DNA of 20,000 nt from an uncultured virus (IMG/VR IMGVR_UViG_2643221571_000003) (IMGVR_UViG_2643221571_000003:50261-70260); one strand, 5' to 3'; shown: positions 1 through 9,136, counted from the stretch's first letter. A program made the numbers and translations. The notes: generated by a model not told the origin, from the letters alone.

Positions 1-405
1 GATTGCTGGCAGGTATGCGCAGATTGGTATCAGCGTGAGTGGGGGCTTGAGTTCGAAGCCTTCCAGCGCACTGATGGCTGGTGGGAGAGTGAGGAAAACG
101 CCAGTCTGTACGAGGAGCAATACGAGGCTGCTGGCTTTGTTCGCGTGGACAGGCCACAACGTGGAGACCTAATCGTCATGCAGGTCGGCCGTACTGCTCA
201 CCCTAATCACGCCGGGGTATACTTGGGCATCGATCCGGCACTGCCTGGCGAAGACTCTGGGGTGTTTGGCCCGGGCCCGTTCCTGCTGCATCACCTATAC
301 GGTAGGCCTTCCGAGATAATTATCTACGGGGGCCCTTGGCATAATCGAACACGGCTGATATTGAGGCAAAAAAAACCAAGTTCGGGAAACCATGGTTCGG
401 ACTGA
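1..405 (+). CDS. Phage tail assembly protein K (NlpC/P60 family), 5' part outside window
   Basis: Frame 1 is open from base 1: DCWQVCADWYQREWG...GDLIVMQVG...PNHAGVYLG...LLHHLYGRPS. This gives the NlpC/P60 DC...H pattern of lambda gpK-like proteins, in the expected position upstream of I and J. Confidence 0.9.
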   Translation, partial: DCWQVCADWYQREWGLEFEAFQRTDGWWESEENASLYEEQYEAAGFVRVDRPQRGDLIVMQVGRTAHPNHAGVYLGIDPALPGEDSGVFGPGPFLLHHLYGRPSEIIIYGGPWHNRTRLILRQKKPSSGNHGSD

Positions 406-407
406 TT

Positions 408-905
408 TTAAGCGTCACTTGGTACCATCGCGGCGCATCTTCTAACCTGTGTTGCAAGAGCACCTACAATGACGCTGTTATCGAGCGTCTTGGAGCTTTT
501 GGTTTGCTTTGTATAGTTTTCGGAAATAGAATTATCTAGATAGGCAAGTGCTTGAATTGAAAGTTTTGATACTAGTTTCGATGCGGCGGCTTGTACCGCA
601 AAATTGCTATCCTTAGAATTAACCACCGCATCACCGAGTTCTTTATATATAGATTTCGCTTCATTGCAGTACTGTGTGCGAACTTCGAGCTTTTTCGTTT
701 GTAAAAAAGTTTCTCGCTCGCGAGCGGATTTTGCATTTTCTAGAGATATTAAATTGTCTTGTTTGGTCTTCTCCACTGAAAGCACGTGTTCTTGTTTTGC
801 GTTTTCCAAGTCCGTATTGGATTTGTTGTTAGAATAAGTAGAGTAGCCCGTAGCTAGGGAAGTGGCGACTACAGAAACGATTGCGACCCAGTTAGAACTG
901 CTCAT
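408..905 (-). CDS. Hypothetical membrane-anchored protein (antisense moron); ORF track start 992, likely start ATG 905
   Basis: MSSSNWVAIVSVVATSLATGYSTY hydrophobic N-terminus, then a charged helical segment. AT-rich relative to the tail genes and opposite in strand to the late operon. Confidence 0.7.
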   Translation of the reverse strand: MSSSNWVAIVSVVATSLATGYSTYSNNKSNTDLENAKQEHVLSVEKTKQDNLISLENAKSARERETFLQTKKLEVRTQYCNEAKSIYKELGDAVVNSKDSNFAVQAAASKLVSKLSIQALAYLDNSISENYTKQTKSSKTLDNSVIVGALATQVRRCAAMVPSDA

Positions 906-1017
906 TTTTTTATTTCGCACCCTTGAAGTAAAAGGGCAGTATAATAGCGAATAGCTATGTTCAATGCACCTGCCACACGCTATTAACTTCATGTGATTTC
1001 TGCTTTCGGTGCCTCAT

Positions 1018-1026
1018 TGCTACAGT
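1018..1026 (+). promoter_or_regulatory. Candidate extended -10 promoter (TGcTACAGT) for the lipoprotein gene
   Basis: TG-n-TACAGT ends 25 nt upstream of ATG 1052; RBS-like GAGGG in between. Confidence 0.4.
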
Positions 1027-1051
1027 CCCGTCAAACCATAGAGGGTACGGC

Positions 1052-1474
1052 ATGCGGATTTTGATAGCGGCGGTAGCGGTGGCGATGCTGGCGGGATGCG
1101 CCTCATCGGCGATATCGGTTAGGGACGCGAAGCCGGTACTACTGGATGAACTTTACGCCTTCCAGTCAAAGCCCTCCGGGGAAAGCGGAAGAATCACAGT
1201 TGTGCGCGACTCCGGCGCTATGGGCTCGGGTTGCGACATCGTTGTCTATGTTGACGGCCGAAGGGCTGCAAAAATCGGCACCGGGCAGCGGGCAACATTC
1301 TACCTTCCGCCAGGCTCGCCCAATCTCGGCACTGGCCTGGCGGGCTCTGGCTTGTGCGCAGGCGCCGCAATTCGAACGATAGCGGCGACGGTGCAGCCTG
1401 GAAAGGAAAGCCTGTACCGTATCAGTGGCGACATGGCCGGCTTCTACATTGGCCCCTATGTCGATTACAACTGA
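1052..1474 (+). CDS. Prophage lipoprotein (DUF2846-like), moron
   Basis: Signal peptide with lipobox MRILIAAVAVAMLAGC; beta-rich body (ITVVRDSG..GSGC..VYVDG...LPPG); followed by its own terminator. Confidence 0.85.
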   Translation: MRILIAAVAVAMLAGCASSAISVRDAKPVLLDELYAFQSKPSGESGRITVVRDSGAMGSGCDIVVYVDGRRAAKIGTGQRATFYLPPGSPNLGTGLAGSGLCAGAAIRTIAATVQPGKESLYRISGDMAGFYIGPYVDYN

Positions 1475-1489
1475 ACCAAGAAAGCCATG

Positions 1490-1512
1490 AAGCCGCCTCC
1501 GGGCGGTTTTTT
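1490..1512 (+). terminator. Rho-independent terminator
   Basis: AAGCCGCC-TCCG-GGCGGTTT hairpin running into a T tract. Confidence 0.8.
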
Positions 1513-1526
1513 ATTGTCCGGAGAAA

Positions 1527-2123
1527 GTGATGCAGGCATCAGCGATCAATTACCAACCTATGACAACGATTCGACTTCACGGGCAACTCCGTCAGTTCGG
1601 GAAGTCCTTCAGGCTCGCGGTAAAGTCGCCCGCCGAGGCCATCAAGGCACTATGTGTGCAAATCCCGGGGTTCGAGCGGTTCCTGTCTAACGCCAAGTCG
1701 CGCGGGCTTGAGTTCGCTGTGTTCCGCGATAAGCGCAATATAGGCGAGAGGGAGTTGAGCTATAACGGCGCCGGTGACATCCGCATTGCCCCCGTGGTTG
1801 TAGGCAGCAAGCGCGGCGGTATTCTTCAAACCATCGTCGGAGCAATTTTGATTGTTGTGGGTGTGATTTTTTCAGCAACGCCTTTCGGCACACCGCTTAT
1901 CGGCGCAGGTATCGGGCTCGTCGCCGGCGGCGTAATTCAAATGCTCAGCCCGCAGGCAGGCGGACTCAAGACCAGCGCGGCCCCAGAGAATACCCCTGGC
2001 TACGCCTTCGGTAGCGCCAAGAACACCACGGCATCCGGCAACCCGGTCCCGCTCTGCTACGGCAAGCGTCGAGTCGGTGGGGCAATTATCAGCGCTGCGA
2101 TTTATGCCGAGGATGAAGTATGA
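1527..2123 (+). CDS. Phage tail assembly protein I (lambda gpI-like)
   Basis: TIRLHGQL..FG, SPAEAIKALC, IRIAPVVVGSK, Gly-rich hydrophobic segment, GNPVPLCYG.RRVGGAIISA. Start is GTG 1527 or ATG 1530. Confidence 0.92.
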   Translation: MMQASAINYQPMTTIRLHGQLRQFGKSFRLAVKSPAEAIKALCVQIPGFERFLSNAKSRGLEFAVFRDKRNIGERELSYNGAGDIRIAPVVVGSKRGGILQTIVGAILIVVGVIFSATPFGTPLIGAGIGLVAGGVIQMLSPQAGGLKTSAAPENTPGYAFGSAKNTTASGNPVPLCYGKRRVGGAIISAAIYAEDEV

Positions 2124-2150
2124 TTTCGTCTTTTTCCATATGAGGTCGAC

Positions 2151-2762
2151 ATGGAAGCTGGCGATTTTTTCAGAGGCTCGGTGAATCACCTCAGTCGAGC
2201 AAAGGCTCTTTATACTCAAGGAAAGCTAAAGCCGGAGTACTATTTCTATAGTGCTTTAGAACTTAGGTTCGGGATTGAATCTCGGCTCAGAGAATATCTT
2301 CAGCACCAAGAGCACGTCGCGGAAAAAAAGAAGCGCGGTTGGCAAATTGCTGCACTGGGAAGAGATGTTGAACAAGCCTTTTATGGGTGCGTGCAGGAGG
2401 TAAGGATTGATGTCTGGTCTGGCGGTTATCCAATGATAAGGTGTAAATATACTCCCGTAACTCCAGAGCTCCGCAGTATTGGTGAGCGGTTGGGAAACTA
2501 TCTTCACGCGCCCAAGAAAGATGATCTTCGACAGTTGGAGCAGTGGAGGGACTTTGAATCAATGCTTGATCAAGGGATCTCCTTATTAGATTACGCATGT
2601 AGTGGGAATCTGCTCGGAGTACCATTGGTGCAGTCCGGTAACAAACGAGGTAGTTTAAATTTAAGCGTACCAGATGAGCAAAACGCATTGCTTAAAGAGC
2701 TTCTAAAGTGCGGTGCGGAGTTGGAGTTAAACGTCAGCTACTGTAAGCCAGCAGGGCTCTAA
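2151..2762 (+). CDS. Hypothetical protein, candidate HEPN-like RNase (moron)
   Basis: RBS GAGG; AT-richer than flanks; N-terminal helix YSALELRFGIESRL and R-x5-H motif RLGNYLH (R113/H119). The ORF is solid; the function is inferred. Confidence 0.6.
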   Translation: MEAGDFFRGSVNHLSRAKALYTQGKLKPEYYFYSALELRFGIESRLREYLQHQEHVAEKKKRGWQIAALGRDVEQAFYGCVQEVRIDVWSGGYPMIRCKYTPVTPELRSIGERLGNYLHAPKKDDLRQLEQWRDFESMLDQGISLLDYACSGNLLGVPLVQSGNKRGSLNLSVPDEQNALLKELLKCGAELELNVSYCKPAGL

Positions 2763-2780
2763 AAGCCCAAAAGAACTATG

Positions 2781-2804
2781 CCCGCCAACTGAGCGGGTTT
2801 TTTT
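2781..2804 (+). terminator. Rho-independent terminator
   Basis: CCCGC-caactga-GCGGG followed by TTTTTTT. Confidence 0.8.
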
Positions 2805-2819
2805 CGCCTGGAGGAAAGC

Positions 2820-5800
2820 ATGGGCGCAGTACGCAAGATCGACATCCACGGCGCTAAGGGCGGCGAAGAGAAACCAAAAACGCCGACAGAAGCCCCGGAC
2901 AGTCTGCGCTCGGTTGCCGTCGCCAAAATGCTGATCGCCGTGGGCGAGGGTGAATTCGAAGGGACGCCAACGGCCAGGGATATCTACCTCGATAACACTC
3001 CGCTGCAAGACCCTCAAGGGAACATGAACTTCCCGAACGTGAAGTGGGAGTGGCGCACCGGGGCCGTGGACCAGACCTATATCCAGGGGATCCCGTCGGT
3101 CGAGAACGAGACCACCATCAGCACCGAACTGCGCAGCGGCACCCCGTGGGTTAGGGCGATCAACAACACTCAGCTTTCCGCTGTGCGCGTGCGTTTTGCC
3201 TGGCCGGCACTCCAGTCCGTGGACGCTGGGGGCAACATCAATGGGTACAGGATCGAATACAAGGTTGAGCTGGCCACTGATGGGGGCGCCTATCAGCCGG
3301 TGCTGAGCGAGGCTGTCGATGGCAAGACCACCAGCGTGTACGAGCGCACCCGCCGTATCGATTTGCCCAAAGCCACGACCGGCTGGTTGATGCGAATCAC
3401 CCGCATCACACCAAACCAGAACAACAATAAAATTTCGGACACCATGCAGATTGCCGGATTTACCGAGGTGATTGACGCGAAGATCCGCTACCCAAACACG
3501 GCACTGCTCTACATCGAGTTTTCTGCCGAGCAGTTCCGTAGCATCCCTGCCGTGACGGTCGAGACCAAGCTGAAAAAAATGCAGGTGCCGAGCAACTACG
3601 ACCCTGTGTCGCGCTCGTACAGTGGCGTTTGGGACGGTACCTTCAAGCAGGCCTGGACCGACAACCCTGTCTGGATGACCTACGACATAACCACCGCCGA
3701 TCGTTTCGGCCTGGGCCGTCGCATCAAGCCGTGGATGGTGGACAAGTGGGAACTGTACCGAATCTCGCAATACTGCGACCAACTGGTGCCGGACGGAAAG
3801 GGTGACCAGGAACCGCGCTTCATCTGCAACTTGAACCTGCAGAGCAAAGCTGATGCCTGGTCACTGCTGCGCGATATTTCGGCGATCTACCGAGGTATGA
3901 TGTACTGGGCCCAGGGCCAGGTGTTCACTCTCTCGGATATGCCGCGCGCAACGGACTTCGACTTTGCCTACACCCGGGCAAACGTCATCGACGGCAAGTT
4001 CACCTACTCGAGCGCGTCTGAGCGCACCCGCTACACCCGTGCACTGGTCAGCTACGACAACCCGCTGAACAACTACGACACCGACGTCACGGCTGTCACC
4101 GATCAGAAGCTACAGCGGCGCTACGGCGACAACCCGCTGGAGATCAGCGCTATCGGCTGCACTCGCGAATCGGAGGCCCAGCGCCGCGGTAAGTGGGCGC
4201 TGCTGACCAACTCCAAGGATCGGGCCGTAACCTTCAAGGTTGGTTTGGATGGCCGTATCCCGCTGCCTGGCTACGTGATCCCGATTGCTGACGAACTGCT
4301 GGCCGGCCGTGCCATTGGCGGGCGTATCTCAGCGGTAAAAGGCAAGGTCATCAAGCTGGACCGCGACACCCAGGCCAAGCCCGGCGACCGACTGATCCTC
4401 AACCTGCCTGACGGTAAGTGCGAGGGGCGCACCGTGCAACTGGTCAGTGGCCGGCAGGTTACGGTTACCGTGGCTTACTCCGTGACGCCTGAGCCGGAAC
4501 TGGTCTGGGCATTGGATACTGACGACTTGGCCGTCCCACTATACCGGGTGGTCAGCGTGGCCCGGCCAGAGCCTGGGGTCTTCGAAATATCGGCTGTTCA
4601 GTACGATCCGAGCAAGTTTGCGCACATCGACACAGGCGCTCGCCTGGAAGATCGCCCGATCAGCGTTATCCCGATCACCGTGGTACCGGCGCCGCCCAGT
4701 GTCACGCTGACGTCGAGCTACGCGGTTAGCCAGGGTATTGCCATCAGCACCATGAACATCTCGTGGCCTGCCGTAACTGGTGCCGTCGCTTATGAGGTGG
4801 AGTGGCGTAAGGACAACGGCAACTGGATCAAGGTACAGCGCACAGGCTCAACGAGCGTGGACGTCACCGGGATCTACTCGGGTGCGTACCTGGCCCGGGT
4901 GCGGTCGGTAAGCGCATTCGAAATCTCGTCGATCTGGAAAAACTCCAGCCTGACCAACCTGGAAGGGAAGGTTGGCCTGCCGCCGGCGGTGTCGTTCCTG
5001 ACCACCACCAGCTTGATCTATGGCATCGGCATCCAGTGGGGATTCCCACCAGGTGCGGAGGACACCCAACGGACGGAACTCTGGTACAGCGAGTCGCCCG
5101 ACTTGACGACGGCGGTCAAGCTGAGCGACTTCAGCTACCCGCAGGCCTCGCACGAAATGTACAGCCTGTTGGCGGGGGCAAGTCTGTTCTTCTGGGCGCG
5201 CTTGGTCGACCGGACCGGCAACGTAGGCCCGTTCTGGCCTGTACCTGGTGCAGTCCATGGCCAGGCCAGCACCAAGCAGAGCGACTATGAGGCCTACTAC
5301 GCCGAGAAGATCGGCAAGGGCGCCCTGTACCAGAGTCTGCGCGAAGAAATCGAACTGATTACAGGCGATGGGCCTGGCTCAGTAAATGAGCGCCTCGAGG
5401 AAGCCAAGCAGGAGCTGGAAGATCTGATCAAGCAAGTGAGCGATGCCCTCGCTTACGACCCGGAAAAGCCCTATCTGAAGGGCGACATCGTGCGTCTGGA
5501 TCAGCGTCTCTACCAAGCGAAAGGCCCTGTGCCTGTGGGAGCAACGCCGCCCGACGTCACGTACTGGATCGATATCGGCACCATCCTTGAGACCACTGAT
5601 GCACTGGTGTCCCAGGTGCAGATCATCGAAACCAAGATCGAGGAAATCGACGGCAAGGTGTTGGCCACCGCCACCTCAGTTGAGGCGTTGCGCTCAGCTG
5701 CCCGTGGTGACGACGGCGCCGGCGATCTGGCCGACGCAATCAAAGGCTGGACGTCTACGGCTGATCTTGCTGTAGAGCGTAAAACCCGAGCCAGCGAATA

Positions 5801-6686
5801 CGATGCGATGGCTCAGCAGCTGCTTACCCTGGGTGCCCAGGTAGGCGACAACAAGTCGTCGCTGACTGTCCTGGAACAGGTTGTTGCATCGAACCGCGAG
5901 ACGTCCGCAGCGCAGATCAACAAACTGAATAGCGATCTGTCTGCAGTCGATCAAAAGGCATCCGGTACCGCTCAGGCGCTCACCAGCCTCGACACAAAAG
6001 TCACCAACCTGGACGGGAAAATCACCTCTCAGGCGTCTAGCAATGAGGCGCTTCGGGCTTCTGTGCGCGGCGATAACGGTTCTGGCGAACTGGCGGGAGC
6101 AATTAAGGCGTGGGAGTCAACGGCCAGCTTTGCGGCCGAGAAGGTTGTGCAGGCGAGTGCAAACGAGGCTTTGACCAAAACTACGGAAACGCTGCAGTCG
6201 AGCATCGGACAGACAAGCGCGTCGGTTCAAACGGTGAGCGAGACAGTGGTACGGCTCGACGGCAAGGTTTCGGCACAGACCACCATGAAGGCTCAGACCA
6301 TCGTGGATGGTAGGAGGGTGGTGTCTGGTCTGGCCTTTGGTTCGAACGGAGAGCAATCGGAATTTCTGATCTTCGCTCAGCGCTTTGCGGTGGTGAACGA
6401 GGTGGACGGAAAGGTTGATCCGATGTTCGTCCTTGAGAACGGCCAGGCCGTATTCAACACCGCGATCATCAGCAAGGCGATCATCCAGGAAATCATCTTG
6501 GGGATGGTGCTTCGTTCGCCGACGGTGGACTCGAAAGGGCGGCCACTGCTGGAAATCAATATCCCGGCAGGCACGCTCACTCTTCGTGGTGAAGGCACGG
6601 ACGGCGCGAGCTTGCTCGATAACAGCGGCCTCTCGGTGTTCGACGCGAATGAGAAACGTCGCGGCAAGTTCGGGAGGCTTAACTGA
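2820..6686 (+). CDS. Phage tail tip / host specificity protein J (central fibre)
   Basis: 1288 aa with gpJ-like motifs (GAKGG, IYLDNTPL, YPNTAL, WDGTFKQAWTDNPVW, GCT.ESEAQRRGKW), FN3-like segments, a coiled-coil region and C-terminal QSEFLIFAQRFAV. Confidence 0.95.
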   Translation: MGAVRKIDIHGAKGGEEKPKTPTEAPDSLRSVAVAKMLIAVGEGEFEGTPTARDIYLDNTPLQDPQGNMNFPNVKWEWRTGAVDQTYIQGIPSVENETTISTELRSGTPWVRAINNTQLSAVRVRFAWPALQSVDAGGNINGYRIEYKVELATDGGAYQPVLSEAVDGKTTSVYERTRRIDLPKATTGWLMRITRITPNQNNNKISDTMQIAGFTEVIDAKIRYPNTALLYIEFSAEQFRSIPAVTVETKLKKMQVPSNYDPVSRSYSGVWDGTFKQAWTDNPVWMTYDITTADRFGLGRRIKPWMVDKWELYRISQYCDQLVPDGKGDQEPRFICNLNLQSKADAWSLLRDISAIYRGMMYWAQGQVFTLSDMPRATDFDFAYTRANVIDGKFTYSSASERTRYTRALVSYDNPLNNYDTDVTAVTDQKLQRRYGDNPLEISAIGCTRESEAQRRGKWALLTNSKDRAVTFKVGLDGRIPLPGYVIPIADELLAGRAIGGRISAVKGKVIKLDRDTQAKPGDRLILNLPDGKCEGRTVQLVSGRQVTVTVAYSVTPEPELVWALDTDDLAVPLYRVVSVARPEPGVFEISAVQYDPSKFAHIDTGARLEDRPISVIPITVVPAPPSVTLTSSYAVSQGIAISTMNISWPAVTGAVAYEVEWRKDNGNWIKVQRTGSTSVDVTGIYSGAYLARVRSVSAFEISSIWKNSSLTNLEGKVGLPPAVSFLTTTSLIYGIGIQWGFPPGAEDTQRTELWYSESPDLTTAVKLSDFSYPQASHEMYSLLAGASLFFWARLVDRTGNVGPFWPVPGAVHGQASTKQSDYEAYYAEKIGKGALYQSLREEIELITGDGPGSVNERLEEAKQELEDLIKQVSDALAYDPEKPYLKGDIVRLDQRLYQAKGPVPVGATPPDVTYWIDIGTILETTDALVSQVQIIETKIEEIDGKVLATATSVEALRSAARGDDGAGDLADAIKGWTSTADLAVERKTRASEYDAMAQQLLTLGAQVGDNKSSLTVLEQVVASNRETSAAQINKLNSDLSAVDQKASGTAQALTSLDTKVTNLDGKITSQASSNEALRASVRGDNGSGELAGAIKAWESTASFAAEKVVQASANEALTKTTETLQSSIGQTSASVQTVSETVVRLDGKVSAQTTMKAQTIVDGRRVVSGLAFGSNGEQSEFLIFAQRFAVVNEVDGKVDPMFVLENGQAVFNTAIISKAIIQEIILGMVLRSPTVDSKGRPLLEINIPAGTLTLRGEGTDGASLLDNSGLSVFDANEKRRGKFGRLN

Positions 6687-7027
6687 TGGCTGAATACGGG
6701 CTGGCTACCTGGGACGAGAACGAGGTTCAGCAACTTGGCCCCGCATCTTTCACGCTACGCACCGTTTTCTCAACGCTGGTCACCTTCTCTGGACCGGTCA
6801 CTGGCGCCGGCGCTGCGCAGGTCTTCTCTGTGCCAGGGGTGACCCCACTAAACTGCATCGCTATCGTTGTGCCGATTGGGCCATATACAACCGGGTTACA
6901 CACAGTAGTTCAATACGAACCTGAAATACTTACCGACCAAATCAGGGTGTGGAGGGGGCACAGGACCGCTGTTGATGGACGGTTTGGGACTGGGACCCAG
7001 CGCCTTATAGTGTCGAGGTACAAATAA
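6686..7027 (+). CDS. Tail tip-associated hypothetical protein
   Basis: Start overlaps J stop (TGATG); MAEYGL.TWDE N-terminus typical of genes following J. Confidence 0.75.
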   Translation: MAEYGLATWDENEVQQLGPASFTLRTVFSTLVTFSGPVTGAGAAQVFSVPGVTPLNCIAIVVPIGPYTTGLHTVVQYEPEILTDQIRVWRGHRTAVDGRFGTGTQRLIVSRYK

Positions 7028-7707
7028 TGAGCTGGGGGTTTGAGTTCAAGAATAATGACGATGTCGTTATTCTCGATTCTGAATATGCGCGTCTTTCAAT
7101 TCTCTCTAAAGGGCGTTTTGTCCCTACACAAGAGTCTGGTCTTGGCTCTTCGACAAACTTTGAGAGGGTTATAACCACTCAAGAACCACCGCTGGTATTT
7201 GTCAAGCCTGACAATGTTGGAATAATTGCTGGTCTCTGTAGGGTCCTCATACTTGGGTCGCCGGGCAACTGGAAAGGCTTTTACGTTCGAGCATATGACG
7301 TGAACACGGCTCAGCCCAGGGGTAACTACTTTGCAGCAGCATTCTCAGCAAGCCCTACAGCTCTATGGGGAGGCCGACTTTATGATCAGAATGAGTCTTT
7401 GATTTTTGACACGGGAACTCCCAGCGCAGTGTTCAGCAAATCTTTGGCCTCTTGGAGTTACGTGACATCAGGAAGTGACGCGCAAGGCCAGACTATGGTT
7501 TATTTTAGTGTCCCTTTTGTCTTCTCTAGTAATGAGTACATGCTGATTAATAACTTCGGCATGGATGTTGCCGGGAGTTCATTTCGAGCTTCAGCTTTGT
7601 ATTGTTGGTGGGATTTCCCCGCGAATCGGTTATGGGCGATTACTGTAGGGGTAACACCACAAAACACTCTTTATATACCTGCTGTGTTCGCGAAAATGCA
7701 AGCGTGA
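7027..7707 (+). CDS. Tail tip-associated hypothetical protein
   Basis: Coupled to previous gene (TAATG); MSWGFEFKN...ILDSEY and WGGRLYD...IFDTG repeat-like motifs seen in post-J tail proteins. Confidence 0.75.
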   Translation: MSWGFEFKNNDDVVILDSEYARLSILSKGRFVPTQESGLGSSTNFERVITTQEPPLVFVKPDNVGIIAGLCRVLILGSPGNWKGFYVRAYDVNTAQPRGNYFAAAFSASPTALWGGRLYDQNESLIFDTGTPSAVFSKSLASWSYVTSGSDAQGQTMVYFSVPFVFSSNEYMLINNFGMDVAGSSFRASALYCWWDFPANRLWAITVGVTPQNTLYIPAVFAKMQA

Positions 7708-7753
7708 CTCTTGAGGTTAATCCTTCTGTTATAAATTTTGATTGGAGAAAAAC

Positions 7754-8515
7754 ATGGCTTCTTGGTTTTCAGAAGGGACCGTTACCGTTACGAACGGCAA
7801 CGCCGTTGTAACTGGTGTCGGTACAAAGTTTTCTAACTGCCGATCCGGCGACATGTTTGTCGGTCCAGATAACGGCATCTATCAGGTGATCAATCCTTCG
7901 AGCGACACATCCATCTCGATCTCGCCTGCATATCGTGGCGCCACCTCCGCAGGCGCCGCCTACGGCATCGTGCCTGTTAATGGCTACCCAAAGGCTTTGG
8001 CTGATGCGGTTAATCTGATGGTTCAGCAGTGGGGCTCTACGCTGGCCGGCCTGGGCACCGTCTCAACCGAGAACGTGGTGCCAGTTGCAAAGGGCGGCAC
8101 TGGCGCCACAACTCAGGCAGCCGCAAGAACGGGACTTGGTTTGGGTACGGTGGCACCACTAAACACGGGCCGGGCGCCAGGTAATGTACCGACAACGGAA
8201 ATGATTGGCTTCGTCGGAAGTCAGTCAACTGTGTCATGGACGGCTGAGGTCAACCCCGGCATCGATAATAAGGTTTTCGCATCGGCTGATTTTGCTGGAA
8301 ACCCTCAAGGAGGCACGGGGCTTTACTACCGTCAAACCATTCAGTTTGGCATCACTGGTAACCGGCTGATGATTGCCTGGCCGTATGGCGTTGCGGGCAA
8401 CACTGGCACTATCAAGCTGCGATCGATCTACAACGGGGGCTTCACTCCTGAAATTGAGTTGTATCACACCGGCAATACCACTCGTGCCCAAGACGGCACT
8501 TTGAAGGCGATATGA
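7754..8515 (+). CDS. Side tail fibre protein
   Basis: ATG 7754 after GGAG; N-terminal GTVTVTNG..VTG.GT.F, VPVAKGGTGATT.AAAR.GLGLG fibre motif, C-terminal YHTGNTT..DGTLKAI. Confidence 0.85.
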   Translation: MASWFSEGTVTVTNGNAVVTGVGTKFSNCRSGDMFVGPDNGIYQVINPSSDTSISISPAYRGATSAGAAYGIVPVNGYPKALADAVNLMVQQWGSTLAGLGTVSTENVVPVAKGGTGATTQAAARTGLGLGTVAPLNTGRAPGNVPTTEMIGFVGSQSTVSWTAEVNPGIDNKVFASADFAGNPQGGTGLYYRQTIQFGITGNRLMIAWPYGVAGNTGTIKLRSIYNGGFTPEIELYHTGNTTRAQDGTLKAI

Positions 8516-9078
8516 CTATGGCAAGAGCAGCAATCAATATCGTGGGCCAGACAGGTGCTTTGTTTGATATCACGTCGCTGGGCGGCAAGGACGTCGACAG
8601 TTACCGAGAAAGCGTGGGCGTGTATTGCGTCACCGGCACCGAAGGGATGGTCCCATTTCCGCCAGTGGATCAGGGGTGGGGATACTCGTTACACCCATCG
8701 GAGAATACTGCCCAGGTGGATGTCGTTTTCAGTGATGGTCTATTGACTGTCACGGTCACAATGGATGGTGAGCCCTACGACATGAACACGATGATCACAC
8801 TGCACATTTTAGTGCCAGATCTGCCACACGAAGATATACCCCCGACGCCGCCGATCACGACCAATCCACTGGGCGTTGCTCAGGCCGAGATTCAGCGTCT
8901 GCGGGCCATCGCGGATTACGCCGTTGCACCCCTACAAGATGCGGTGGATGGCGACGAGGCCACGGATGCAGAGGTTGTCCTGCTCAAAGGCTGGAAGAAA
9001 TACCGCGTTGCGCTGAACCGAGTCCCCGAACAGGAGCAGTACCCGGACGCTATCGAGTGGCCAAGTGCCCCGGCGTGA
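8512..9078 (+). CDS. Tail fibre assembly/chaperone protein
   Basis: C-terminal LRAIADYAVAPLQDAVD...WKKYRVALNRVP.Q..YP..IEWP..P, characteristic of Tfa-like proteins; overlaps fibre stop. Confidence 0.85.
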   Translation: MTMARAAINIVGQTGALFDITSLGGKDVDSYRESVGVYCVTGTEGMVPFPPVDQGWGYSLHPSENTAQVDVVFSDGLLTVTVTMDGEPYDMNTMITLHILVPDLPHEDIPPTPPITTNPLGVAQAEIQRLRAIADYAVAPLQDAVDGDEATDAEVVLLKGWKKYRVALNRVPEQEQYPDAIEWPSAPA

Positions 9079-9098
9079 TTGCCATTAGCTGACCGATG

Positions 9099-9121
9099 CC
9101 CGCCTTGAGCGGGTTTTTTTT
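9099..9121 (+). terminator. Rho-independent terminator
   Basis: CCCGC-cttga-GCGGG followed by eight T. Confidence 0.8.
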
Positions 9122-9136
9122 CGCCTGGAGAAAAGC

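Noticed and set aside
2727..3782. 351-aa minus-strand ORF
   Set aside because: Antisense shadow of GC-rich J; no recognisable motifs. The same applies to other short ORFs overlapping J, the MCP and rulB.
7754..9078. Tail-fibre inversion or diversity-generating retroelement
   Set aside because: No invertase, reverse transcriptase, inverted fibre cassette or TR/VR pair seen in the window.
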